From assembly GCA_048128005.1 (NCBI GenBank), contig JBEUKZ010000100.1, positions 310,001 to 374,000 on the forward strand: DNA of 64,000 nucleotides. The letters run 5' to 3'. The notes under the pieces were generated by a model. That model saw nothing but the letters and a program-made list of their open reading frames with translations. It was not told where the DNA came from and ran no database searches. Origin of the DNA: Veleropilina oligotropha (taxonomy: Eukaryota). How positions within the stretch are numbered: the first letter of the stretch is position 1; each line of letters begins with the position of its first letter. Shown one piece after another: positions 42,201 to 57,200 of the stretch. A program made the position numbers and the translations under genes.

Positions 42201-45200
42201 TTTGTCAATACATGTACATGCAAGAAATAGATTTATAACAATGTTTTTATGGTATGGAGATTTTTTATTGAAATTGGTCTTTAATCCCTAGATCTATCAA
42301 CCAGCATATACATGTATAAAATATATATTGAGCAGCACACATGCACTAATTGAATAACTTTGTCCAAACTTGCAGATGTAACACATTATTTGTGTTAAAT
42401 TAATCAAAATTTCTATGTACAAATACACAAATTTAACAGTTTTGTGTTAAAATGAATGCAACATCACTGCCAGAGCAGCATGTAGCATCACAAAGTCAAC
42501 CCGTATGCACTCACCGAAAAAAAAATTACCAGAAACTTTAAATAAAATTTCACAGAATATTTAAATTAAATTATAATCAATATAACTGTAACAATAGCAG
42601 GTAACAACTATGAAGCATACACCAATGCATATGCTTGCAACAACATGTCTTGATCAATCAATATGCGGTAATTGAATAACTTAAACCGAAAATGTTTACT
42701 ACATTTCAATATCAAAAAACATTATTTTATTTTAAATTTTATTAAATATCACTTCCAGAATATCAGGTAGTGTCAATATGGTCAACACCAAAGTATATGC
42801 ATTAAAAAAGTGCTTTACTAAACCTATATGCAATAATAAAAAAACTTTAACCTAAAAAATGTCCGATATGTGTCGGCCCTTTAGATTTAGGAATTTACTA
42901 GCAAAGTGTTTTGACCATCTCATAATAAATTGCCATCATTGAAACACTTTAGTCAAAAATTATAAGTCCAAAAACACAAATGTTATCCATCAATTCAATG
43001 AAATTTTATTTTATATCAATGCCAGAGTATTAGGTGATATCCATATAAACAATACCAAAGCATACATATTCCAAATAGTGATTTTAGTACCCAATATCCA
43101 CTAAATGAAAAATTTAACCAAAATTTTATGTCCACACACCAATTTATTTTCATTAATTATAATAAAATTTATTCCATATTACTGCCAAAGTATCAGGTAA
43201 CATCCATACAACCAATAACAAAGCATATATATGCCAAAAAGTGCCTTGAGCAAGCCATATACACAAGCCATATAGCAAGCCATAGTATCAGGTGACATCC
43301 ATACAACCAATAACAAAGCATATATATGCCAAAAATTGCCTTGAGCAAGCCATATACAATTGATGAAATACTTTAACCGAAAACTTTAACCTAAAATTTG
43401 CCGAAATATCTTATGTCCCCAAAGACCACTATAGTTCCATTAATTATATTAAAATTTATTCCATATTACTGCCAGAGTATCCGGTGACATCCATACAACC
43501 AATAACAAAGCATATATACGCCAAAAAGTGCCTTGAGAAAGCCACATACACTTGATGAAAAACTTTAACCGAAAACTTTAACCTAAAATTTGCCTAAATT
43601 TCTATGTCCCAAAAGACCCCTATATTTCCATTAATTATATTAAAATTTATTGAATATCAGTGCCAGAGTATCAGGTGACATCCATACAACCAATAACAAA
43701 GCATATTATATTTGCAAAAAAGAGCCTTGAGCAAGCCATATATACACTTGATGAAATACTTTAACCGAAAATTTAATCTAAAATTTGCCTAAATTTCTAT
43801 GTCCCAAAAGACCACTATATTTACATTAATTATATTAAAATGTATTCAACATCACTGCCAGAGTATCAGGTGACATCCATACAACCAAAAACAAAGCATA
43901 TATATATGCAAAAAAGTGCCTTGAGCAAGCCATATACACTCAATGAAAAAACTTTAACTCTTTAGCGCCCGAATTAATATGGAGAAAACATATTATGCAA
44001 ACTACATATCCATTATATATTTTGCTCTTGTGGCTTTTAATATTGTTCATAGCTACACAAAACCATATATCATAATATGCAGAAATGAATACTCTATCAT
44101 TTGACGTCAAGTATGAATTAATATTTTTAAAAATAAACTTTGATACCATATGTAAACTAATTTAGATTATATAAATATTTTTAAAAATATATAAAAAAGT
44201 AATTTTTTATTCAATAGCTATTGAGGCTTTATCTCATATGAAACGAAATTGTCAGTAGTTTGCCATAAACGAACAGTGCGATACACACAGTATACTGCAG
44301 AAATAAATTTTGTAGCCAAAAAACTGATATGGGGTAATTTTGACAAAATAATAATTAGTCATACTATTATGTGTCAATCAGCAATAAAGTCATCAGTCTG
44401 CGATTTTTTGTAATAATTATTGTCAGATTTATCCCTAAACAATATTATTTTCCAACATATAATTACGTACTGTCATATTCATGCCAAAATATTCATTATC
44501 TATTAGCTGGCTGTCTTGAAAATACAGTAAGCATGAGTTTCATCGGCCACGCCCCTTTCTAGAAATATAATTCTGTCTGCAAAAAAAGGTCTAGAATGTG
44601 GCCTCCATACCTCACCAGGTCATTAGCGTTATCTAGGTCAGTGCTAGTTTCCATATCTAATTCGCTTTTCCCATCAAATGAACAATTTGCAAGTAATACT
44701 GTAGTGTCGGTGAAGCATACATAACATGTTCTGTCCAATCCCGGAAGTGAAAACGTATCTCAAATAGTTGTAATAGCATTTGACATACGCTAGCGACAAA
44801 ATATACATAAAAATGGCTACCGCTGCATTCAATATTGAACAAGAAAGAGACCCATATGAACAGGTGCCCTTGTCGACACAATAAACCTCTGTTGACATGC
44901 AATAACACAGTGTTAGTAGAACAAGGTCGTTTTCACCCTTATGCGGCACGAAAGAGTTAACCAAGATGACACGATGATGACATCGACGACGCCGCCGGAA
45001 AAAGCAATCCCTTAGTCTCGCTTTCCTTCGGGGCGAGACAAAAACATCAATTTCACAAATTATTTATATTAAATTTTATTCAATATCACTGCCAGGCTAG
45101 CAGCTAACATCAATATATCCAGCAAAAAAGCATAAGTGTGCAAAAAAGTGCAATGAGCATTGTATAAGCACTCTTTAAAAAACTTTAACCGAAAAATTTT

Positions 45201-48200
45201 CACTAAATTTCTATGTCCCAAAACACCAATTTCATGCATTATTTATATAAAACTAGCAAATACCCGTGCTTCGCACGGTTTTGGGGCGAGCATTTGGTTT
45301 TGAGGTATCTCATTGCCAGATATCATTGCCAGAGTATCAGGTCACATCCATATAACCATTACTAAAGCTTGTACATGTATATGCCGAAATATTCCTTGAG
45401 CAATCGATATACACTCAAAGAAAAACTTCAACCAAAAATTTTAACCGATAAATGTTTATGTTTATGTTCAAAATTCTTTTTTTCACAATATAAGTAAAAA
45501 TTCTTTTCGTTTTTGGTTCAAACTAAAGGCTAAACATGTCTACTTTCCATCTAAATAGGTTTGATTGATATATTCATCCATTAAATGCATGTAATATCTC
45601 ATCCAAAAACTTCAACCACAAGTGTGACTGGATGGACAGAGGCTATCCCTATATCCCCTTCGGCTTTTTCCTTTTGAAGCCGCGGGGGATAAAAACTAAA
45701 AAATTGGCATGAAACATATTCACTGAAAAGGCAAAATTTTTCTTTATTTTATAATTTTCAGATTTGGGGCAAATACTTCAAGAATTACAGCTAAAGATTG
45801 GGTATCATGTTGCGATTCTCCATAACTCTCACATAATGCAACTGTCAATGCTTTGTACAACTACTCTACAATATGCCTCACCCTCGATAAAGCTTGGTTG
45901 TGGAGTTCTGGGACACACTATGGCATCCAGACCAGCACTGCAGACACCTTCAGACGTGGCACAATCGCAGAAGGTCATCGAAGAGGATGGTAAAACGTTG
46001 CATGAGCCTTCATAATGCGAAGACGAGCTGGCAACTCTGTAGGAAGTTTCAATATTTTTATTTATAACCACATTTTAACAATTTTTCAGTCGTATTGAAG
46101 TTGGAAGTCAGGTTTAATGTCACTATCTGGTCGAATGCTGATGCAGCATCAAATGCAGTTATTTTATATATAAATACACATTTTTTTTTTTTAAATTCAG
46201 AAAATTGCAAGTGCACAAGTATTCAACCTAGATAATTTGTGTAACAACTTTTGGGAAAATAGCCTGTACGGTTTTGGAGATATGCTCCGTATAAAGTTGA
46301 TTATAAAAGTGCACAAAGTGAATGCTATGCACGTATATATATACCCACATATACTTTGTAGCACGGGGTATAATTACTAAAATAACAACATATAATTTAA
46401 AACAAATAAGTTATATAAAGTGTTAACAGTAATGACAAGTTTTAAGTTTATGTCACAGAGTTAATTGTGTCTGTAAACAGCTCTACATATGGTATGAATT
46501 AATACGGAGTTGAGATGGACTCCATCTCATAGTGACATACCATTAATGGATTAGCATTCTGCCACGCAAGCCAATACGAAAAATATAAATTTAAAACTGA
46601 TCCTGTAACAGTTTTTTCTGTTGCAATTGTATTGGATATTGCTATAAAACATGTTCATTATTTTCTTACTTCCATGATGCTGTGAATCCAGCCAAATCGT
46701 CCGTCATTTCAATTACTGTGTCATCATACAGCGTGAAATCATTGGACTTGTCAGTGTCAAAAGTACCACAAAGACCTGCAAATTTAAATGCAAAATATAA
46801 TCAACAGGTCTGGCAATAACCAAAAATACGATAAATAGATTAAATAGATAGATTAAATAGAATTTGTTTGGGTTTAGAAAGCGCATTACTGCCACTCATA
46901 TAAAAACCCATTGAGTTGTCTTGTCCTCTATAACCTGCCCTTCTTCTTAAAATGCTCATCTAGGCGATTTTTAAATTGGTTTACAGATGTCGATTCCACT
47001 ACATTATTAGGAAGAGCATTCCATTCATCGACAACCCGATTTGAGAAAAAGTGTTTTCTAACGTCTAGTCGGAATCGTTTTTTGTAAATCTTGTATTGAT
47101 GCCTTTGGTTCATCTGAAAAAAGAAACTATTGTCAACGTTGACTTTTCCTGTAAACATTTTAAAAACCTGAATCATATCACCTCTTATCCTGCTCAAAGA
47201 TAATGTTGTGAGGTTCAGAGCTCTTAGTCTCTCCTCGTATGGTAATTCTCTCAATTCTCCTATCAATTTTGTGGCTCTTCTTTGAACTTGTTCTATTATA
47301 TTGATATCCTTAGCAAGATATGGACACCATGCTTGCACTGCATATTCTAAATGCGGTCTAACCATTTGCTTGTATATGCGAGTTATGATGGCTTTAGATT
47401 TAAAATTAAAATTTCTCTTTATCATTCCCAATATTTGATTTCCCTTTTTAGCTGACTCTGCACATTGATTTGATGGTTTAAATGTCTTGTCTACCCATAC
47501 ACCCAAATCTTTTTCTTTGGCCATTTCTTGTAAAGCTTCTGAACCCATTTCATAATTATAGGTATTGTTATTATAACCCACATGCATTACTTTACATTTG
47601 CTGGTGTTGAAAACCATTTGCCAGTCCTCAGACCATTTTATCACATTATTTAAATCACCTTGAAGTTTCTTTGCATCTTCTTCTGTTTCGATAATAAGCA
47701 TTATCTCCAGAGTCAGGCTCAATATTCCAACTATGCCGGAATATAAGACTTAGTGCTTCCTTATCACAGACTCTGGACATGGGCTGGTCGGATCGATGCT
47801 TAATCTGGCTAGCGCTGGCTTATCACTTTCTTGTGCAAATGTATTCGCCAATTTTGATTTTTTTGCATCAATTTGTGTGCTTGATGGTATTCAAATGTTA
47901 TCATAACAAACAAAATTTAAAGGGGAAAATAAATTCACTCAAGTACAACGATTGCGTCACTATGCATGCTATGTGGGGAGAACTGAAGCTAGATCCTCAG
48001 TGCAAGAAATATTTCATATTTACCAATGCAAAATGACCACAATCAACAAACCAAGTCTGATGATCATGAAACATTAGTCAAATCAATGGAGTTGACACCA
48101 AAAACAACCAGTTTAGGACACAATTGTTTTTTAACACCTACCAGCTGTTTTAGCAGAATCCACGACTGACGGCACGATGAACACATTAAGGAACTGGCCC

Positions 48201-51200
48201 AAGAAGCCCGTCCTTAGCTCCACCCAGACAACTAGTCCCGTTGGCAAACCAATCTAATGATAAGAAAGTATATAAATATGTATAAAACTTGAAGAGGTGA
48301 TCCTAATTAATAAGTTTCGTGAAGTGATCTGTACAGTTTGGACAAAGTCGAACGGACGGAAAGATAAAACGCTATATACCCCAACTACTTCATAGCATGG
48401 GGCATTATAAATGGTTATACTGTATTAATGTAAGTAAACACAGGAGACGATTGGTGGAGGTGACAACGACGCAAACAACAAAATGACAAGCAATAAAAGA
48501 TTGTCAAATTTAGACCAAAATGTAAATTAATACATGTTACAAATTAACAGACTTAGTACCTCTTAAATATGTTTGTGTTGAACATAATTGACAATGAAAA
48601 CTGCCATTCTTTCAGTGCCCTCCGAAGCAATATTTGTTTCGTCGAAATTACTTTATGACTGTGATCTCAATATCAGCTCGTCGTTCACATTACCTTATAA
48701 CTGAGGCCGCCCTCGATTCTCTCGACTGTTGTTCCAGGCTGCAGTTGGCTGTTGGCGTACAAATGAACCCTTAATGGCTGCCATGAGTTGTCAGTTGAAG
48801 TTCCGCAATTGCCAACAAGGATTACGTCATCCACAGATCTAACAGAGACTGCGCACGCACACATAAAACCATTACATTGACGAATGAAGTAACGAATCTA
48901 CAATAACACGAGACTATTAATTAGAAACAGATGCATCTCAACCTCCCACAACTTCATATTAAATTATATTCAGTATCGCTGCGAGACTAACAGGTGGCAG
49001 CGAGACTAACAGGTGGCTGTGAGACTAACAAGTGGCATAAATATAGACTAACAGGTGGCATAAATATAGACTAACAGGTGGCATAAATATAGACTAACAG
49101 GTGGCATAAATATAGAATTACAGGTGGCATAAATATAGACTAACAGGTGGCATAAATATAGACTAACAGGTGGCATAAATATAGACTAACATGTGGCAAA
49201 AATATAGACTAACAGGTGGCATAAATATAGACTAACAGGTGGCTGCGAGACTAACAGGTGGCATAAATATAGACTAACAGGTGGCATAAATATAGACTAA
49301 AAGGTGGCATAAATATAGACTAACAGGTGGCATAAATATAGACTAACAGGTGGCATAAATATAGACTAACAGGTGGCATAAATATAGACTAACAGGTGGC
49401 TGCGAGACTAACAGGTGGCATAAATATAGACTAAAATGTGGCATAAATATAGACTAACAGGTGGCATAAATATAGACTAACAGGTGGCTGCGAGACTAAC
49501 AGGTGGCATAAATATAGACTAACAGGTGGCATAAATATAGACTAGCAGGTGGCATAAATATAGACTAACAGGTGGCATAAATATAGACTAACAGGTGGCT
49601 GCGAGACTAACAGGTGGCATAAATATAGACTAAAAGGTGGCATAAATATAGACTAACAGGTGGCATAAATATAGACTAACAGGTGGCATAAATATAGACT
49701 AACAGGTGGCATAAATATAGACTAACAGGTGGCATAAATATAGACTAACAGGTGGCATAAATATAGACTAACATGTGGCAAAAATATAGACTAACAGGTG
49801 GCATAAATATAGACTAACAGGTGGCTGCGAGACTAACAGGTGGCATAAATATAGACTAACAGGTGGCATAAATTTAGACTAAAAGGTGGCATAAATATAG
49901 ACTAACAGGTGGCATAAATATAGACTAACAGGTGGCATAAATATAGACTAACAGGTGGCTGCGAGACTAACAGGTGGCATAAATATAGACTAAAATGTGG
50001 CATAAATATAGACTAACAGGTGGCTGCGAGACTAACAGGTGGCATAAATATAGACTAACAGGTGGCATAAATATAGACTAACAGGTGGCATAAATATAGA
50101 CTAACAGGTGGCTGCGAGACTAACAGGTGGCATAAATATAGACTAAAAGGTGGCATAAATATAGACCAACAGGTGGCATAATATAGACCAACAGGTGGCA
50201 TAAATATAGACTAACAGGTGGCATAAATATAGGCAAAGAGGAGCTTGATCAATTCCTACACACAATAAACATCTTTGACCAAAATGTTCATGTGCAAAAT
50301 ACCAATTTCAAGCATTATTTATATTTCAGTTCAATATCATTGCCAGAATGTAAGGTTACATCAATATCAGCAACATCAAAGCACATGTATGCATAAACAA
50401 GGCAACACCAAATTTAAAGCACATTCATAAAAAAATGCATTGAAAATCTTCAAATCTAGAAAACCATTTCAGACCAGAATGCCTGGGCGCTTACTTCATA
50501 CGCAGTTCTCGGTGCGTGTACAGTATCATGAGTATTTATCTTGCTTTCTGTGTGAATCCTTTCTTCTGATTGGCTGGCGTCATTTTATTAACTGATGATC
50601 AACACCGCCCAGCCGTGGTTCAATAAAATTAACCAACGGCTGATGTCATATTAATTGTGAAGTCAAAATGTTCTCATTGAACAATGGGTTGCAGGACAGC
50701 TTTCGCGACCCACAAATATAGCATCGCCTGTTTGGATGGATAAAAACTCAACTTTCTACACTATAAAAATAATAGATTCAGTCAGGTTAGACATAATCAT
50801 ACATGTGATACCTCCCGCCGGGAGTATAATTCTCCCGAAATCGGCACCCCCAAAATGGCCTACTCCCGAAATGACAGAAATCTCCCGAAATGACAAATTC
50901 CTACCGGAATATCTTGATTTCTCCCTCAAAGCTATTTTCGCAATGTTATTTCTTATCCGCAATAGTTTTGGAGTCGGTATAAACGGAACTCGTTTCATAA
51001 GTCGTCAAATACAGTAGATGCTGTAATAATATACCGCTACATAAATTGTGTAGATAGAACGCGATAGAGCATGAAGATTATTGTCAAAATATTCGTTTGA
51101 TACTCCGTTTACCACATGCACTCAGCGTTCTTTTGTTGAAACATTGAAGCATGCTTTTGTGTTGATAGCAATTGTCGCGTAGTAATTTCGGGAACTACTT

Positions 51201-54200
51201 ACGGAAATATCCGAGTGTTTTCCGACTTTCATATCTCTTTATATTGCGTTACAAAATAATCTCGCACCGGATATTTAAATTTGTACTATTTAATACGAAG
51301 ATAATTTTCGAATCAACGTTGTGATCTATTTGATGTAGGCCCGTAGTTCACAAAGAATTAGATGTCAATAGAGCTAATAAAGCAAATTAATTGGGAATAA
51401 ATGCTATGAAAACGTCTATTGTTTAATTACTCATCAAGAGTTTCAGTAGAGTTGCCAAATAATAGGGATTAGCGCAACTGACATGCTCTGAGCTCGAGTG
51501 ATTTAATACAAGTTTGCGTTTATCGGAAAAGTACATAGCTATTAGGCCTAACCGCAAGGTAATCTGGATTGTCCGCAAGAAGTTTTAAAAATATAAGATG
51601 ATTAATGATAATCGGATTTTTTAGGTTTAATTTTGTTATGACAACATGTGTTACTATGCTGAACAAGTAATTAAGTAATTAAGGCTGTGCATGTTGTACT
51701 TTACTGAAGATATATACAATAAGAATTGTAAATATTTAAGGTTGTATTATATAATTATTTTATGGTGTTTAATATATATATATTTAATTATAATATTTAT
51801 TGGTATTGTTTTGATTGCATAAATAAAATAATATTTCATTTCTATGAATGCCTTTTTATTCAAATAATTTCAAATATATGGCGAAATCGATGATAAAATC
51901 CTCCGATAAAAATACTCCTGGAATCTCCTGGAATATTGACCCCAACCTCCTGGAATGGTATTTTGGGTTTATCACATGTACGCATAATAAAAGCAAGATA
52001 AATACGTTGTCGAGCAACGTCTTCGTAAACACGGTGCATTGAATACCGCAAAACATTAAACCACTCAGCTAATGCATCATGGTTTAACGTTATGCGGTAT
52101 TCAATGCACCGTGTTTTCCGCGACGTAGCTCGACAACTTATAGTATCACTTACTTCAAATGGCAGTTCTCGGTGCTTGTACAGTATGTATTCTCCGGGCT
52201 TCTTGCCCGAGTACGTTCTGAAATAATGAACAATGGCTGCAGGAAGTAACAAAATCACATAATATAACAATAATGTACAATCACGCCCGCCGCCTTACAC
52301 TGAGTGAGAGAGATTACAGTGTTATAACTAGCGAATCCTTGACCCAGCAAGTCGAGGGGATGTATCCCCTGCCACGGTAGCTAAAATCAATAGACACTGT
52401 GTCCTCATCATACCAAACATGAATATCAAATTTGAACCAAATCGGATTAGAACTTTTCACTGTAGAGGGCACAAAATAAATATCTTCAAACAAAATGGCC
52501 GTCGCGGTGGCCATCTTGCATCCATAATAAACGGAAATCGTTAGGCGGCGTGTCCTCATCATAACAAACGAGCATACCAAATTTGAATCAAATCGGATAA
52601 TAACTTTTCACAAATCTAATCAACCAAAATGGCCGCCAAGTCGGCCATCTTGGATCCGAAAATGAGAAAACCATTAGATGCCGTGTCCTCATCATTACTG
52701 ATGTGCATAACAAATTAGAATCAAATTGGATTAGAACTTTTCACGGTAGGGCACACACAAGAAATCTCTACGATGGTCGCGGCTGAACGATGACAACCAT
52801 AATATCCCCGACTACGGTATTGATAGTCCGGGGATACAATTATTAGATAATAATAATAATAATAATAATAAATCTTTATTTATTGAGGGAGAACAGTTAG
52901 TAATAGTTACCAATCTTCCCTGAGTCCCTCCTATTTTCTAACATTAAAATGAATAAAAATGTACATATTTACAGAACAGCATCAGAGGTGATGTATCAGA
53001 AGTTATATATAAACAAAACAAAAAACAAAAAAAACAAATCAAACAGCAAATGTGTCAAAATATATCATGAAATACCAGTCTGATACTAAAAATAATAATC
53101 AGCGTCTTCTGGTATCCATGGACATTATATGTTGTTTCATTAGTCGCTTGAAACAAATTACATCTTTTGAAATTTGCACAGTATGTGGAAGGTCATTCCA
53201 AATTTGAGCCCCAGAATATTTAAAGGTCCGTTTTAAAGATTGCATAACTGGCTTGGGTAAATATAATTTGTTGGACGTTACTGACCGTTACTGATCGGTT
53301 TGGATCGATGCTTAATATTCATTGTTTACACGATTCAGTGTCTTAAGACCTCATGTCAACAGGACCAGATTCGTATCCACTCCTTTGAATTAGAGCAGTC
53401 AGGATTTCTTATTAATAAGTACTTCTAATACAAAATTTTAAAACATCTTTCACACCTAGTTTATATACATTATAATTTGTAGAATGTTAGAATTGCTTAT
53501 TACTAACATTGAAATTAAGAACACTTACGAGCCATCGAATGAGATTATATGCATTGAACCTAGAACAGAGCAAATCGCACTTCGATCCTTGTCAGCAATT
53601 GACACCTGTGGAGTTAAAAACAATATACTCGGGGTGGCAACGTTAAAATGAATGATGTGAATAGGAATATTTCTAAAATGTTGCACAGTTGTCAAGAATC
53701 AGCTGTAATTTCTTTAGACTTTCACGTTGATATAAAGACGACGTTGTTTACATACATTTAACAATCTTGAAACTGTGATATCATCAGAATCATAACTGAT
53801 ACAGTTTTTACCAAACACCGTTATTGCATATAACACAGATCGTGCTTTTAAATGTGTGAGAGCAATACTGCCGGACTGAATGGGGCAATAGACATTGTCA
53901 ATGTGTTATTGCTAGCAGAGTGTAAAGCTGTAATTTTATGTACTTGCACGAGAGATATTAGATTGACAGATATTCTTTATAAATAACCACAGGGTGAATT
54001 TCAGTTGGCTTGATTTGTAGGGATAATTGTCACATCGAGACATGATAAATAACGTTAAAATCACTAGCCTGAATCGTTGCGACGTCCGCTGTAGACAGGA
54101 CTGTGTCAGTTAGCGCTTCACTTGTCAGATGAAGGTACCATTCTTGGTCGCCGTCGTAAAGGCCGTCAATCTTTCCCTTGATGGGGATGACATGTTCTCG

Positions 54201-57200
54201 GTCCCAGGTGTCCATGCCGATCTCCAGGCCGCAGAATGGAGTTGGGCCATCGACGTTATCCCATCCCAGCACTGCCTGTAACATGGTGCTGCCATCACTG
54301 CATCTTACATCAGTATCCGCACCTGACCAGGATGCACGAACCTTGTACATACACGTGTCCAGATCATCGCCCGAGTCGCAGGTAAAGGATGGCGGGACCA
54401 AGGCTCTCACTGTGACAGGAGCAGCGTTCCCACCCTCAACTATGTTTATTACTAAGTCACTGGTTACCTAAAATCAACAACGATGGCAATTAATACACAG
54501 CTTTGGTTTGGTTTGGACCAAGTAAGATCATATCAGGACATACATACATGTTCATATTATCATGATAAGAAAGCCCGGTAAGTCTGGTGACGCTCATAAA
54601 TCAATGGTTGGTTACGTTTATACTCCAAAATGTGCTCGACCTTGCTAGAACCGTGAATTGCGATGTCTTGGCAGTCAGTGTGAGTGCATTGGGGGCAACA
54701 CTTTAACCGCTTGACCACTATGATGGCCTATACAGTTAGGTTATTTTCATGTATTAGTGACGAAAGTATGTGCTAATAATTTATTTGTTGTCTATCAAAT
54801 TATACTTTTATGTGCAAAAATGAATGTACACTTTAATATTTATATATATAAAACATCACAATGACATACAAATGAAATAATTATTATCAAAGATGATTTG
54901 CCCGTAAGTACGGTAGCGAAAAACGCTTTTAATTTTAAACCTTAGACCGCAAACGTATTTTTGCCAGTTGGCTAAAGTTAGAAACTATGCAATTTTTCTA
55001 AAAAATTCTATAGACGGAGTCCCTGAAGCGCCTACAAATTTAAAGTAAAAAATAATAAAATCGGGTCCGATTTTATTATATGGGTGTCGGACGTTCGTCG
55101 AAGGGAATTTCGTGAAGTTGGGCACTGTCGAAGTTAACTTCAGCTTTGTGGACAATTGAGCTGCAAACTTATCATTAATTAACTATTTTACAGTACTGTC
55201 ACATCACATGCAAATTCGATAAATTAATTATTCGTATTTGACGTAGCGTCTGCATGTTTCGATAAAAAGAATACTCGAAAATGGACGAATCGTCTCATTC
55301 GTCGATTTCCAAATTGGGATTTCGACGAAATGCACGCATCCTTGGTAATTTTAATGGCGGAAAGATCGAAAGAGTTCAGCGACGAGCACCGATTTCAGCA
55401 GTGATTTTTTATTATATTACAACAAACAATGTCGATTCTTTCACTTTGAATCATCAAAACTTTTTATAACATCTACATATAGGTAAGTAAGGCATTTGAG
55501 GGCATTACATTTCTAAAGCACTCTATCTGTTCATAAAGAAAAGAGTGGGGCTCACCTCCAATTTTACTTCCAAAATATTGCTTTGCCTGAAGGAACCTTT
55601 TGTTTCAAGACAGTTTTCAGCCAAGCATGCCGTGACCGCACAAGACAGCTGAAAAAGGTAACAAGAGCCTGTTAGAAAATGAATTTATCCCCCGCCTCTC
55701 GCAATCTCTCTGATATAAACTTTAACCAAAATTTCCCAAATACACCAAGTTCATTCAATATTTATACAAAATTACATTGATTTCATTATCATTGCTAGAG
55801 TAAAAGGTGGTATCAATATAAGCATTACCAAAGGATACGTATGCAATAATGGCATGGAGCAATGCAAATTCACTTAATATTTAATTAAAAAGTCAACTTT
55901 AACGAGATGAGTTTGTAACATCATTATAGTCAATACTAAAGTATATATATGTGGCCGCTTCGGTAGCGCAGTGGGTAGAGTGTCCACTCTAAATTCACTG
56001 GCTTGTTTCCGCTGACGCGAACAGTAGTGGGATCGACCCCCGGCTGAGGCAGCACACATTTGTTCAAGTTATGAATCACAGTTGTCCGTGACTGGCCGAA
56101 GAGGGCGGGTTTACCCGGCAACCGGGGTTTCCTCCCACGATAACACGGACATGTCCTGCCTTGAACCTCGATGTTATAAATATACAGGACATTAAGCATA
56201 ATTCCTCCTCCTCCACTAAAGTATATAGATGTAAAACAGTGCCTAGAACAACCCAATGAGTCCATTGAAAAACTTTACACAAAACTTTAACCAAAATTTG
56301 CATTTCCACAAACACCTATTTTTATGCAATAATTATATTAAATGTAATTCAACATCACTTCCATGGTATCAGGTGACATTCATATTATCAATACCAAAGC
56401 ATATATATATATATATACACCAAAATGTTGTTTGAGCAACCCATATACACTCAATGAAAAACTTTAACCTTTTACATTTATGCAATAATTATATAAAATT
56501 TTATTCAATCCCACTTCCAAAGTAATACTAATAATAATAATAATACATTTATTTTCTATAGCGTAAAATCCACCATACGATGCTCAGGTGTCATCCATAT
56601 AACACCTACAAAAGCATATATATATACACCACAAAGTCTCATTGGCAAGGTATATATCTATACTATAATCGTGGAGAGTTTGTCTGTGTGTGTGTGTGCG
56701 TGTCTCCTATAGGCTCCCAAACGGCTGGACCGATCTCCCCCAAATTTGGCATGTGAACTAAGGGTACCAAGGCGGTGGTTATGGCGCTTTCAAATTTTTT
56801 TTGGGGGGGGGGCGGGGGTGGTTTTTTGGGGGTGGGGAATTTTCATAACAGTTATAACGTTACAAACGGCTGGACCGATCTCCACCAAATTTGGCATGTG
56901 AACTAAGGGTACCAAGGCGGTGGTTATGGCGCTTTCAAATTTTTTTTTGGGGGGGCGGGGGTGGTGTTTTTGGGGGGGGATTTTCATATTTTCATAGTTA
57001 GCACTCAGTGGAGATCTTTCGTGGAATGTTAGAGGCGTTCAAGATAAGAAATTAGGTTATTGATGAGGTGGGGAGACTCACCCGTCGAAGACGGGTACCC
57101 TGGCTAGTATATATATATATACACTCAATTCGAAACTTTAACCAAATTGTTTAAGAATGTACGAACGAACATGGCAACAACAATATCCCCCGCTGTCTTC

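Noticed and set aside
50736..51017. Similar ORFs at 6227-6421 and 50736-51017 (HVIPPAGS...KWPTP)
   Set aside because: Translations of the shared left end of a non-autonomous TIR element.
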